DNA of 64,000 bases from a virus. This document shows, in pieces, positions 17,497 to 26,679 of this stretch. The stretch spans positions 32,001 to 96,000 of IMG/VR virus record IMGVR_UViG_3300028025_006304, one strand, 5' to 3'. Within the stretch, counting starts at the first letter, position 1; each line of letters begins with the position of its first letter. The position numbers and the translations under genes were made by a program. A model generated the notes under the pieces. It did not search any database. It was not told the DNA's origin and saw nothing but the letters and a program-made list of their open reading frames with translations.

Positions 17497-18471
17497 TTAT
17501 TTAAATAATCTAGGGAAGTTCATACCTAATTCAGAAGAAGAAACATAAACACCGTTTAATATTCTTTCACTATCTATATTATCTACTACAGTATCATTCA
17601 TAACATAGAATTTACCTTGTCCGTTTTCGCTTACGTTAAGTACATATCCTACGTCTTTACCCATTCTAGGTTTTTTTAGCAATTTAGTTTTTAAAATTTG
17701 CTTAAGCAATTTACCTGCACCTTCTTGGGGGCTGGCAGTTGGTGCTAAATCTAATCTAGAATATAAAGAATCAATACGCTTGTATAAAGGTTCAAACGCA
17801 TCTATGTCTCTTAATTGTTTGTTTTTCTCAAACATAGACATAATTTCGAAAGCTGGAAGTATATCGTTTCCTTTAAAGTTACCTGCGTTGATTGTAACAT
17901 CAGATTCTTCATCGAATTTGCTAAATAAAGTTAAAATTGCTATTACACTATTTAGTAATGCTATATTTGCTTTATCGCCTGCAAATTTACCTAAGGTAAT
18001 ATTAGAGGTATCGTATGATTTAATTTCGCATCCAAAACCATCAATGGTTAAATCCGGATCTTCTCCTTTTCTAGAATCGGTAACGTTGTGTTTATTAACG
18101 TTAAATTCAAAAGCCCAGTAAGTAGCAATTTCTCCTTTACCAGCACCTGCTGTTGGGATATCGCTGTCTTTTTTAAGTGGGAGGATTGGATATAAAATTT
18201 TCCAAATTTCTTCGTCTTTACCACCTAAATTAAAATCTTCACCTAGTTCTAAAGGAGTATTACAATCCGGAATTTTTTCACCTTCTTTTAAACCTAAAGC
18301 TTTACGAATCCTAACATTATAGTCTACTTGTGCCTCGTTAATAATAATTTCACCCATAAAATCTTCGGCTAGTTCAAATAACATAGCTTTATCTTTTGGG
18401 TCATTAATATCAGGGTATCCTTTTGGGAACTTCCAAGCTACACTTTTGATGAATTTATCTAATTGATTCAT
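17497..18471 (-). CDS. Putative PD-(D/E)xK nuclease-like protein
   Basis: GKGE...PDLTIDGFGCEIKSY resembles a restriction-endonuclease-fold active site. Confidence 0.45.
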   Translation of the reverse strand: MNQLDKFIKSVAWKFPKGYPDINDPKDKAMLFELAEDFMGEIIINEAQVDYNVRIRKALGLKEGEKIPDCNTPLELGEDFNLGGKDEEIWKILYPILPLKKDSDIPTAGAGKGEIATYWAFEFNVNKHNVTDSRKGEDPDLTIDGFGCEIKSYDTSNITLGKFAGDKANIALLNSVIAILTLFSKFDEESDVTINAGNFKGNDILPAFEIMSMFEKNKQLRDIDAFEPLYKRIDSLYSRLDLAPTASPQEGAGKLLKQILKTKLLKKPRMGKDVGYVLNVSENGQGKFYVMNDTVVDNIDSERILNGVYVSSSELGMNFPRLFK

Positions 18472-18914
18472 TATACTTCGGGTTCTGCTGCTGGTTCTTC
18501 TACTGGTGTTTCTGGAGTTGCTGTTTCAGCTCCTTCCGCCGGTGCTTCTGCTTTGCTTCCGTAACGTAATATACGAGAGATAGATTCGCAAGCCGACTCT
18601 TCTTCGTTCAAATTAAGTAGATAGTATTTTTTACCTTCTACTTGAGCAATCCAGCTTTTGGGTGTGTAAATAAGATAAAAATCTTGTCCGTTTTTTAGAT
18701 TGATACGGAATGTTGTAGGACGAGGAGCAACCCAATCAATTGAGGCTAAAAAGTAGTCAAAATCTGGAGATAATAGATCTACTATAACCGCTTTAAGTTC
18801 TGGGAATTTTGTTAGCTCATCGTATTCGGCAGCAGCAACGTTAGCCTTGAGTCTGCCTCTATAGACATCCTTGGTTAACGTTCTGATTTTGGCTACGAGT
18901 TCTTCACGAGTCAT
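18471..18914 (-). CDS. Hypothetical protein
   Basis: 147-aa ORF, translationally coupled; acidic Pro/Ala tail. Confidence 0.65.
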   Translation of the reverse strand: MTREELVAKIRTLTKDVYRGRLKANVAAAEYDELTKFPELKAVIVDLLSPDFDYFLASIDWVAPRPTTFRINLKNGQDFYLIYTPKSWIAQVEGKKYYLLNLNEEESACESISRILRYGSKAEAPAEGAETATPETPVEEPAAEPEV

Positions 18915-20083
18915 TATCCTCTAGCTTTTTGTTTTGCGGTTGGACCTTTACCACCACCTTTTGCTTTATATGAAGCTACAGCGCCAGCAATTGCTTTAGC
19001 GGCTTTTTCTGATTTGCCTCCTTTTTTAAGTTTACCAACAAGTTTTTCGAATGATTCGTCTAATTCAGCTGTTGCTTTTTTAAAGTAGCCTTTTGGTAAA
19101 CCTTCTGATACAGTACCCATAAATGCTCTAGCTTCGTCTTCGTCTGTAAATATTTTTTCTTTTTTACCGTCCATAGTACGGTAAGTAACAATCCAAAAAC
19201 GACCTTCTGGTTCTAGACTAGCGAGTTCGTTATGTCCTAAGTTACCTTCTTCGATTTCGTCTTCTAGAGGTTCAGAAGGAATATTTGGGATAATATCTTC
19301 ACCCGTAGCAACACCTACCATTGCATCGATTTCTGGTTCTTTTAATTCGAACTCAAGATAATGCTTAGCGCTAGAAACCATATTTTTAGCTGTGGTAATT
19401 TTTGCTTGCCACCATGCTGGGAAATCTACTTCACCTTCACCTTCAAATTGATCTACCATCTGGTAAAGTTCCATAGCGTATTTTCCAATACGATATAGTT
19501 CGCTTTTGATCATGTGTGGTTCGTCGTCTTCGTGGCCTAAGTCTAAATCCTCACCCAAACCTAAAGGTTTTCCTTCGTCATCATATGACATAGGAATTTC
19601 ATCTTCATCATCTAATTGAGCTTGGTCTGGGTTATAATCTTCGCCTACCATTTTACCACCAATATACTCTTCGTAATCAACAATAAAATCATCTTCACTG
19701 TAATCAACATATCCTTCTACCCCATTGAGGCGAATATCGTTAACTAATGATTTAACATAAGTAGCCCAATCTCTATCTTCAGGACCCTCCTTTAATTCAA
19801 TGCCTCTACCCTTAAGGATATCTGCTTTGGTCACTTTGCCATCGCCAGTTAAATCAGGAAATGATTTTTTCTTTTCGTTCATTAAGGCTGCTCTAACTAG
19901 TTCTTTTAGATTTGATTTTTCCATTTCAGATTCTGCTACTTTTTTTGCTATGTTTGTGGCGCGACCATACATTACTTTCTCAGCGTCTGGACCATAACGC
20001 TTAACAAGACTATGCTTGTTTTTTTTCATCTTTTGGATGACGTCTTCGCGTTTGGCGAGTTCGGCTGAAGAAAGTTTTGCCAT
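18914..20083 (-). CDS. Mosaic multi-module head-cargo-like protein
   Basis: 389 aa of alternating basic and acidic modules separated by x-x-E; DLTGDGKVTKADIL EF-hand/dockerin-like motif. Confidence 0.65.
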   Translation of the reverse strand: MAKLSSAELAKREDVIQKMKKNKHSLVKRYGPDAEKVMYGRATNIAKKVAESEMEKSNLKELVRAALMNEKKKSFPDLTGDGKVTKADILKGRGIELKEGPEDRDWATYVKSLVNDIRLNGVEGYVDYSEDDFIVDYEEYIGGKMVGEDYNPDQAQLDDEDEIPMSYDDEGKPLGLGEDLDLGHEDDEPHMIKSELYRIGKYAMELYQMVDQFEGEGEVDFPAWWQAKITTAKNMVSSAKHYLEFELKEPEIDAMVGVATGEDIIPNIPSEPLEDEIEEGNLGHNELASLEPEGRFWIVTYRTMDGKKEKIFTDEDEARAFMGTVSEGLPKGYFKKATAELDESFEKLVGKLKKGGKSEKAAKAIAGAVASYKAKGGGKGPTAKQKARG

Positions 20084-20084
20084 T

Positions 20085-20258
20085 TTACTTTTGCTTGTCT
20101 TCTGCAGTAGATGCCTTGCGGTATTCTGTTGCTAGTTTTTTAAGCTCACCTGCTGCTTTACGAGCACGTCCGTGTGCTGCTTTAGCTGTTTTGTGGTGTT
20201 CGATAGTTAGGGTTTCTAAAACCGCTACCATTTTGTCGTGTAGTTCTTGTGATGTCAT
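20085..20258 (-). CDS. Histone H1-like protein, Hc1 family (missed by ORF track)
   Basis: 57 aa MTSQELHDKMVAVLETLTIEHHKTAKAAHGRARKAAGELKKLATEYRKASTAEDKQK; KAA..RARKA..EL.KL..EYRKAS is the Hc1 signature. Confidence 0.75.
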   Translation of the reverse strand: MTSQELHDKMVAVLETLTIEHHKTAKAAHGRARKAAGELKKLATEYRKASTAEDKQK

Positions 20259-20267
20259 ATCTTTTAT

Positions 20268-20906
20268 TTATTTAATTTTATTCCAAAGTGGGAAAGCTAA
20301 ACCTTCGTTTAATTTTTCTCCGGCTTTTTTTCCTTTTTCGTATTCGTATCTTTCGTCGTCGCCAACGTATTTTTCTTCTTGATCTTCAACCTCGTCTACT
20401 TTTGCTCTTGTTGGCTCGTCTCCTGCAACTACAAAGTCGCGAGTAAAGAATGTGATTGTATTACCAACCTGAGTGATAAATTTTTGATCACCAAATTCTT
20501 CTGCTTGTGCTCTTAGAGTTTCAAGTGTGTCAAGAATTTTTCTTGTTTCGTTTGGAAGTGAAGATAAAGAAACGATTTTCTTGTCTACTACGATCGAGTC
20601 ATTTTTTTCTTCTCCACCGTCTGTAGTTTCTGCTTCAGCGTCTACTTCAATATCTGTTTCTTCTTCGTCTCCTTTAGCTTCTGCTAGATAAGGATCAACT
20701 GCAGTTCCAGTGATACGAGCTAAGATTTCTTCAGCTGATTCTTCTTCGTCGGCTTCGTCTAGATTAGCGATCATTTCGTCTAGATCTTCTTCGTATAGAT
20801 CATCGTACATACCACCTAAAGCAGCATCGTCGTCTTGAGCATTAGTAAAGTCTGCTTCTGATAGGTAAGCAGCCTTGATCATTTCTTTTAAGTCGGATTT
20901 TTTCAT
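20268..20906 (-). CDS. Acidic hypothetical protein with leader MKKSDLKEMIKAAYLSE
   Basis: 212-aa ORF; late motif at 20929-20936. Confidence 0.7.
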   Translation of the reverse strand: MKKSDLKEMIKAAYLSEADFTNAQDDDAALGGMYDDLYEEDLDEMIANLDEADEEESAEEILARITGTAVDPYLAEAKGDEEETDIEVDAEAETTDGGEEKNDSIVVDKKIVSLSSLPNETRKILDTLETLRAQAEEFGDQKFITQVGNTITFFTRDFVVAGDEPTRAKVDEVEDQEEKYVGDDERYEYEKGKKAGEKLNEGLAFPLWNKIK

Positions 20907-20941
20907 TGCAATGAATTTGAGTATATGTTATAAATATGTGT

Positions 20942-21223
20942 TTATTTCCTAAAGCGTACTTTGGCCTTAGGTGTGTTCGATACAAACTGTTTACCTTTTT
21001 TACTACCAGCTACTTTTTTTCTTGCGGTAGCTGCTCTTTGTGCTTTAGTTAAGCGTTGTGCTTTTGCTTTTGGTAAGCAACGTGTTGTTGCTTGACCTTT
21101 TTTCATCGTACCACAAGGACCTGTTATATTACCTGCAGTATCAATACGCACCCAGTTCTCTTTTTTGAACCAATCGCGTAGCGATTCTGTGATTATCTCT
21201 TGTAGACGTTCTTGGGTTATCAT
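20942..21223 (-). CDS. Small basic protein
   Basis: Leader MITQERLQEIITE then SLRDWFKKENWV...CG...CLP, a motif of small T4-like phage proteins. Confidence 0.65.
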   Translation of the reverse strand: MITQERLQEIITESLRDWFKKENWVRIDTAGNITGPCGTMKKGQATTRCLPKAKAQRLTKAQRAATARKKVAGSKKGKQFVSNTPKAKVRFRK

Positions 21224-21906
21224 CCCTTCATTTGCCCTTTACATACTTTAACAGCACGGCCTGAAAGATAGGCGGATGATTTCTCACCAGCAGCCATTCT
21301 TTTCTTAATATATGCTTTACCTTTTGGGCAAAGTTCCTCGTAGATAACACTTTCACCTAAACGTGATGTTTTTGCTTCATCTAAATCCTGGATGATTTTA
21401 TTTAGGATTCTACTCATTGTATCCGGAGTAAGACCAGGTGTTTCACCTTTTGGATTTTCGGGTGATACTAGTTGTGGAGAGTAACCTACTTCTTCTTTAA
21501 TTTCGACGTTTGGGTCAAGAGCTCTATAGGCGTCTTCAAGGGCTTTTTTTAAGATATTAATAGCAGGTGTATTATCTCTATTTTTAGAAAAAATTTGAGC
21601 TGCTAATTTAGCCGCTAAAGTTTCAATTTGCTTTTTTGGAACTAGAAGAGTCTCATCTACTTGCTCACCTCCACCAACTAAATCGTTGTAATCTTCCATT
21701 GAAAGAAGACCTCTCAATTTAACTGCCTCAATAGCGCGTTCAGTTACATTGTGAAGGTCCATATCTGTTTTAGCATCTTCTCTAGCGTATTCTAACATAC
21801 GAATAAAGAGAGGAACATCCATAGCGATTATATCGGTTGGATCTTCTTGTTGAGCTTCTCCCATTGGTTTAGAGAAAAACTCTTGTACTCTTTTTAGGTC
21901 TTCCAT
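21220..21906 (-). CDS. Mosaic multi-module protein
   Basis: 228 aa; DVPLFIRMLEYAREDA module and C-terminal LCPKGKAY...SAY..GRAVKVCKG module. Confidence 0.65.
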   Translation of the reverse strand: MEDLKRVQEFFSKPMGEAQQEDPTDIIAMDVPLFIRMLEYAREDAKTDMDLHNVTERAIEAVKLRGLLSMEDYNDLVGGGEQVDETLLVPKKQIETLAAKLAAQIFSKNRDNTPAINILKKALEDAYRALDPNVEIKEEVGYSPQLVSPENPKGETPGLTPDTMSRILNKIIQDLDEAKTSRLGESVIYEELCPKGKAYIKKRMAAGEKSSAYLSGRAVKVCKGQMKG

Positions 21907-22352
21907 TATTTGGCAAATTTAATACGTGGGTAGTAATCTCTTTCTCCTGGATCGTAATCGTATCCAGAATCGGATTGATCTCGGTCTACTTTGTAACCTT
22001 TACTTTCAGCCCATTTGATCATTTCTTCAAATGTATCATCGCTAATATCATCTTTACGGTAGATGGTTATACCATACATGTTAATAGCTGCTCTGTCTCC
22101 AAATTTTTTTTTAAATTCTTTTTCAAGAGAACTATTATCTACAGATTCACCTAATGTTGAATCAACTTTACTCATGCTATTAGTGATGAAATTACGCATT
22201 TTATCGAGGTACGCGGCTGCATCAGCACCGTTGGCGTCTTTTAAATAACCAATGATTATATCCAAATATTCATCGTATTTAGATCTATTTTCTTCAATAC
22301 CGGCCTCGGCTAGATATCGTTTTTTGTTCCATTTGGCTACGTCAAAGCTCAT
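21906..22352 (-). CDS. Hypothetical protein
   Basis: Start MSFDVAKWNKKRYLAE. Confidence 0.6.
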   Translation of the reverse strand: MSFDVAKWNKKRYLAEAGIEENRSKYDEYLDIIIGYLKDANGADAAAYLDKMRNFITNSMSKVDSTLGESVDNSSLEKEFKKKFGDRAAINMYGITIYRKDDISDDTFEEMIKWAESKGYKVDRDQSDSGYDYDPGERDYYPRIKFAK

Positions 22353-22380
22353 AATATGCAAATTTATATGGTGATAAATA

Positions 22381-22962
22381 TTAGGTTTTCTTTAAACTTT
22401 GCAAATATTTAATAGTTTCCTCTTTTGACTCAAGGAGTTTATTTTTGACTGAACCTGTCCATTTTTCTACGTCACCTGCCTCCGTAATATACGACTGGAT
22501 AGCATTGTGTTTGATTTCCTCGTTCATCCATAGCTCAAACGTTTCTATAATACCTTCAATATCTGAATTGTAGATTGTTTTTTCATATTCTTCCCAAAGT
22601 CCTTCTCTACGGATAGCTGCTTCAAAATCTATTTGGCAGTTAAAACAGCGTTTATACATGCTAAACCACTTTTTATCCAAATGTGGTTTCATTGTTTTCT
22701 TACAGGAAGGACAAAAAATGGGGAAATTAACCGCTTCACGAGCTTTATCAAGTTTTGTAACATTTTGTTTAATGCCATCCTTAATAGTCCACGTCTTATC
22801 TTCTTGATCCCATATATCTCCTTCGATATGTGGACCTTCTTGTTCTTTTGTAAAACCGACTGAAGTTGAGGATTTATCTGCATATTTTCCTTTTACTAGG
22901 TTTCTTAGACGTTGTACATCTTTTTCCTGGAATTGTTTTTTTAGAACATTTTCTTTACTCAT
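22381..22962 (-). CDS. Zinc-finger hypothetical protein
   Basis: CPSC...CFNC. Confidence 0.6.
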   Translation of the reverse strand: MSKENVLKKQFQEKDVQRLRNLVKGKYADKSSTSVGFTKEQEGPHIEGDIWDQEDKTWTIKDGIKQNVTKLDKAREAVNFPIFCPSCKKTMKPHLDKKWFSMYKRCFNCQIDFEAAIRREGLWEEYEKTIYNSDIEGIIETFELWMNEEIKHNAIQSYITEAGDVEKWTGSVKNKLLESKEETIKYLQSLKKT

Positions 22963-25493
22963 AAACCTAAGTCTTGTAACTGTTTGATTGTGTTAGCTGC
23001 TGAAGTGTGTAATATACCAATTCCACCATTAGCATTCCATGAATCGATAGTATCTTTTCTATCGTCTATTAAAATTTTATTTTGCCCAGCAAAATCGGCT
23101 TTCCTTTTAGCGGAACGAAAATATAATTTACGCATGTTAGGTAAACGTTGAACCCACTCGGTTTTACCTTGCATTGATTCGTTATTGTCTAACTTATAGC
23201 GTTCCTCAAATGGGATATCGAAATTAACAGAGGGGGCAGTTAAAACGTATGGGTTATATTCTTTGATATAGTCCCAAAGTTGTTTTCCATCGGGCATCCA
23301 ATCTAGGTTAGCCCAATATGAACGTTCGGGGATGTCTTTTTCTTTTAGACTGTTTCTAAATAAACTCCAAAATTCGTTTTTACCTTGTGAATCGGCGTGT
23401 TGAGTACTTACACCTGTTAGTTCTTTATACCCCTCATCGAAGTCCACTAACACACCATCCATATCACAAAATATCACATATTTCTTCTCTCTCATTTCCC
23501 CATCATTTTCATTAACACCCGTATTATGAAGGTACGAGATCTCTTCTAGGGGGGCAAGTTTAGCTACGAGTGCTGAGCCTTCTTTTTCAAATTTTGCTTT
23601 AGGGTATACTTTTTTGATGAATGCTTGGTAGAGATTATCGCGTTGGTTTCCCAAAACATCTTCACCTTTTTTAGGTGCTGGGTTATAAATTAACGCGTTA
23701 GTGTTTTTAAAGTCGGGGATGAGTTTGATTCCGGTTTGGATTATGTCTACTATTGTAGCCATCACTCGGAATACCTCTCCTCTGTTTATTACAGCACTAT
23801 CTGATTTACTTACACCCTTCTCTCCAGCTCCAAATCCGACCTCCATTCCATTTATATCCTCTCCTGTCTCATCATCCTCGTAATTGAGGGTTGTCAATTC
23901 AACCTCATATTCGATTCCACTGTCTGTAGTAAAACCAAACTCATAATCGCCTGGGTTAGTATTGGTAATTTCCCATTCATAGGGTTTTGAGGTGGCTTCT
24001 CCAACCTCTTGTAAACCCATAGCCAATTCACGAGCGTATTGGTTTAAACCGAATGGGTCTTTTACAGTTTTAAGTTTAATATCTGAGTTTTGAAGAAATT
24101 GTCCTTTAGGTGCTTTTTTAGGTTCAGAAGAAACCAACGAACCCTCATTTTGTAAACTATCAGTCCAGTTACGGAATGTCATAGTACCCTTTAGGTTAGC
24201 TTCAGCTTCAATATCGTTTAGATGATCGTCCTCTTGAGTATTTGTAGTTGTAATATCTCCCAATCTACCCTCCAGATTTTGGATATGGTGAATCATCTCA
24301 TGCGCGTAAGAACGCACAATATCTTTGGGATGACGCCCGTAAGTGTATAGGGTGATAGACTTATTGATCGGATCATAGTACGCGGTTTTACCCAAGAATT
24401 CTTCGGCATTAACCATATCATCACCTACTAGCTCAATGCTGGGAACAGGATCAATATTATATCCTTTCCCACGCATGTAATTAGTTAACTCGGCTATTTT
24501 TTCGAGTATGTCAATAGATGGGATAGTGTTTTCTTTTAACGGTTTATACCCTGAACCAAATGGAGCTGATTTACCATCATGGTTAGGTGCTACGTTTTCT
24601 TTTTTTAGACGTTGGGTTTTTTCTTTAGATGCTTCTTTTCTTTGTTCAGCATAATCTAAAGCTGTTTTTAAACGTCTTTTAACCTCAGGATCTTTTGCTC
24701 TTTCGTAAGCTGCTCTAACACGCTGGTGAATTAAATTAATAATTTGAGATTGGCGAGCGTGTGATTTTGATTTAAAAGATTCTTTAGATAGTGTGTCTAT
24801 AATATCTTGTTTAGTAGAGAATTTAACACCTACAGTATCGCTTGGATCTTCGTCTGTGTATAATCTACGAGATGATCCTTTTGGTTTTTTACCTGTACCT
24901 GTTTTAGGATCTCCTTCTTTTAAAACGTTTGGTTCTAAAATATTGTAAATATCTTCCTTTTCGTTAGCTGGAATCTCAGTAGGGAGATAAGTAAAGAATT
25001 TTTCTTTATCCCCTTTTTGAAGTGCTTTACGAGCGTTTGTTCCACTCATATCACCAGCTGGGGTTTTAATTACTCGAACCTCTATGTTAGGGTATTTTTC
25101 TTCTACCCCCTTGGTGCGAGAGATAATATCTTGTAAATCATCTTCTCTACCTTCACGGTAACCCAAAACAAAATATACTTTCTCGTCTGGGTGGTTTTTA
25201 GCATAACGTAAGATATCTCCGATTGGGGAAGCTGATGGTTCTATTTGAACTTTAGATGGGAGCAATTCCTTGTAAATATCCCATATTTGCATAGATTGTT
25301 CTTGTTCGATTCCATCTCTAACACCCCCACCAACATAGATTAAAAATTTGTCTATGTCTTTAAAATCTTTTAAAGCTGTTTTAACTAAGTCAAAGTGACC
25401 TTTGGTGGGTGGTTTAAAACCACCCCCATAGATTGCTGTAACGGATTTTCCGTCTATTAGCTCGTTAACTAAAAACTTAGTTAATTCGTCCAT
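22959..25493 (-). CDS. Five-domain protein: HIGH-type nucleotidyltransferase, basic domain, HExxH metallopeptidase-like, unknown domain, HAD 5'-nucleotidase-like
   Basis: GGGFKPPTKGH and SGTNAR (res 23-33, 150-155); AHEMIHHIQ (397-405); IFCDMDGVLVDF and ILIDD...W..NGGIGILH (674 onward). Confidence 0.8.
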   Translation of the reverse strand: MDELTKFLVNELIDGKSVTAIYGGGFKPPTKGHFDLVKTALKDFKDIDKFLIYVGGGVRDGIEQEQSMQIWDIYKELLPSKVQIEPSASPIGDILRYAKNHPDEKVYFVLGYREGREDDLQDIISRTKGVEEKYPNIEVRVIKTPAGDMSGTNARKALQKGDKEKFFTYLPTEIPANEKEDIYNILEPNVLKEGDPKTGTGKKPKGSSRRLYTDEDPSDTVGVKFSTKQDIIDTLSKESFKSKSHARQSQIINLIHQRVRAAYERAKDPEVKRRLKTALDYAEQRKEASKEKTQRLKKENVAPNHDGKSAPFGSGYKPLKENTIPSIDILEKIAELTNYMRGKGYNIDPVPSIELVGDDMVNAEEFLGKTAYYDPINKSITLYTYGRHPKDIVRSYAHEMIHHIQNLEGRLGDITTTNTQEDDHLNDIEAEANLKGTMTFRNWTDSLQNEGSLVSSEPKKAPKGQFLQNSDIKLKTVKDPFGLNQYARELAMGLQEVGEATSKPYEWEITNTNPGDYEFGFTTDSGIEYEVELTTLNYEDDETGEDINGMEVGFGAGEKGVSKSDSAVINRGEVFRVMATIVDIIQTGIKLIPDFKNTNALIYNPAPKKGEDVLGNQRDNLYQAFIKKVYPKAKFEKEGSALVAKLAPLEEISYLHNTGVNENDGEMREKKYVIFCDMDGVLVDFDEGYKELTGVSTQHADSQGKNEFWSLFRNSLKEKDIPERSYWANLDWMPDGKQLWDYIKEYNPYVLTAPSVNFDIPFEERYKLDNNESMQGKTEWVQRLPNMRKLYFRSAKRKADFAGQNKILIDDRKDTIDSWNANGGIGILHTSAANTIKQLQDLGL

Positions 25494-25856
25494 TTACTGA
25501 AGCTTCATGATAAGCTCTTTTGCCTTAGCTTTCTTATCAGCGATTGCTGTTTTAGCTGCTCTATACTCTTCCATTTCGCGCTTAAGAGCTTCTTTCTGCA
25601 TTTCGTACTCTTTCATAGCTGTTTTAGCATGTTTGCGAGCCGCTGATTTATTAGTACCTGCATAAGCAGCTGCAATCTCGTTCATGTCAATAGTATCGTA
25701 GATTGAAGCAGGACGGATCATATCATCCATAGACATACCTCTCATTGGTTTCATTACAAGAATGATTTCGCCAATCTCGTTATATGGCTCTTTCATTTCC
25801 ATTGTTTCTGCTTCAAGGGCTTCCTTAATAAGGGATTTTAATACTGATTTTTTCAT
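25494..25856 (-). CDS. Hypothetical protein with leader MKKSVLKSLIKEALE
   Basis: 120-aa ORF, coiled C-terminus. Confidence 0.65.
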   Translation of the reverse strand: MKKSVLKSLIKEALEAETMEMKEPYNEIGEIILVMKPMRGMSMDDMIRPASIYDTIDMNEIAAAYAGTNKSAARKHAKTAMKEYEMQKEALKREMEEYRAAKTAIADKKAKAKELIMKLQ

Positions 25857-26656
25857 GAGTTAAGGAATTGTTTTATTTTAGACTGAGCCTCTGGGATAGA
25901 GACTGTTTGTTGAATAATATTTTGTACGTTTTCTTTGTTGCGTAATGATAGAATTTCCTGTTCTAGTTTTTCTTTATCAGCTCTGGATTTAGCTGCTTCT
26001 TTTTCTGTTTTTGGTTTGGTATCTTGTGGTTTGAAAGGATCAATATAACGTTTAATTATATCTTCTAAACTTCTTTTACCAAACGGATCCTTGTCTTTTG
26101 TAGTAGCTACAAAGTTTTGACCAAATAAGTTAAGGTACGGGATAAAGTTTTTTGTTACGTTTGCCCATGTTTGCATTACAATACCTGGCATCAAACTTCT
26201 ATCCTCACCAGCTGAACGCTCGAATCTATCTTCGTTTTTCTTAAGTGATTTTTCAAGTGAAGAGTATACAAATACCATCATTACATCATATCCAGCTTCC
26301 TCTAATGTTTCCTTTAATTTAACGGTTTCATTATATGATGCTGCTGTACCGTCAATGACAATATTCCCACGCTTTTCAATTTCTTGTTTTAACTCAGCCT
26401 TATAAGGTTCTTTAGCTGATGCCATTGCTATAGCTGCTCCACTTCTACCAGCAGCATCTGCTCTTTTTAGATCAAGTGAGATGCCAGCGTTGCGGAGATT
26501 TTTAATAAAATAATCATCAATATTTAGTACCGTTAAACCAAGATCACGGATTATCTCATCTGTAACAGATGATTTTCCAGCACCGGGAGCCCCAGCAAGT
26601 ATAATAGCTTTAGGAGAACCTTGTACCTCCTTTAGTAATCTTATCAGTGAAATCAT
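25853..26656 (-). CDS. P-loop kinase (zeta-toxin/AAA_33-like)
   Basis: ILAGAPGAGKSS, IVIDGT, MVFVYSSLEKSLKKNEDR; leader MISLIRLLKE. Confidence 0.75.
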   Translation of the reverse strand: MISLIRLLKEVQGSPKAIILAGAPGAGKSSVTDEIIRDLGLTVLNIDDYFIKNLRNAGISLDLKRADAAGRSGAAIAMASAKEPYKAELKQEIEKRGNIVIDGTAASYNETVKLKETLEEAGYDVMMVFVYSSLEKSLKKNEDRFERSAGEDRSLMPGIVMQTWANVTKNFIPYLNLFGQNFVATTKDKDPFGKRSLEDIIKRYIDPFKPQDTKPKTEKEAAKSRADKEKLEQEILSLRNKENVQNIIQQTVSIPEAQSKIKQFLNS

Positions 26657-26679
26657 ATACGCGCGTTTACGTATAAATA

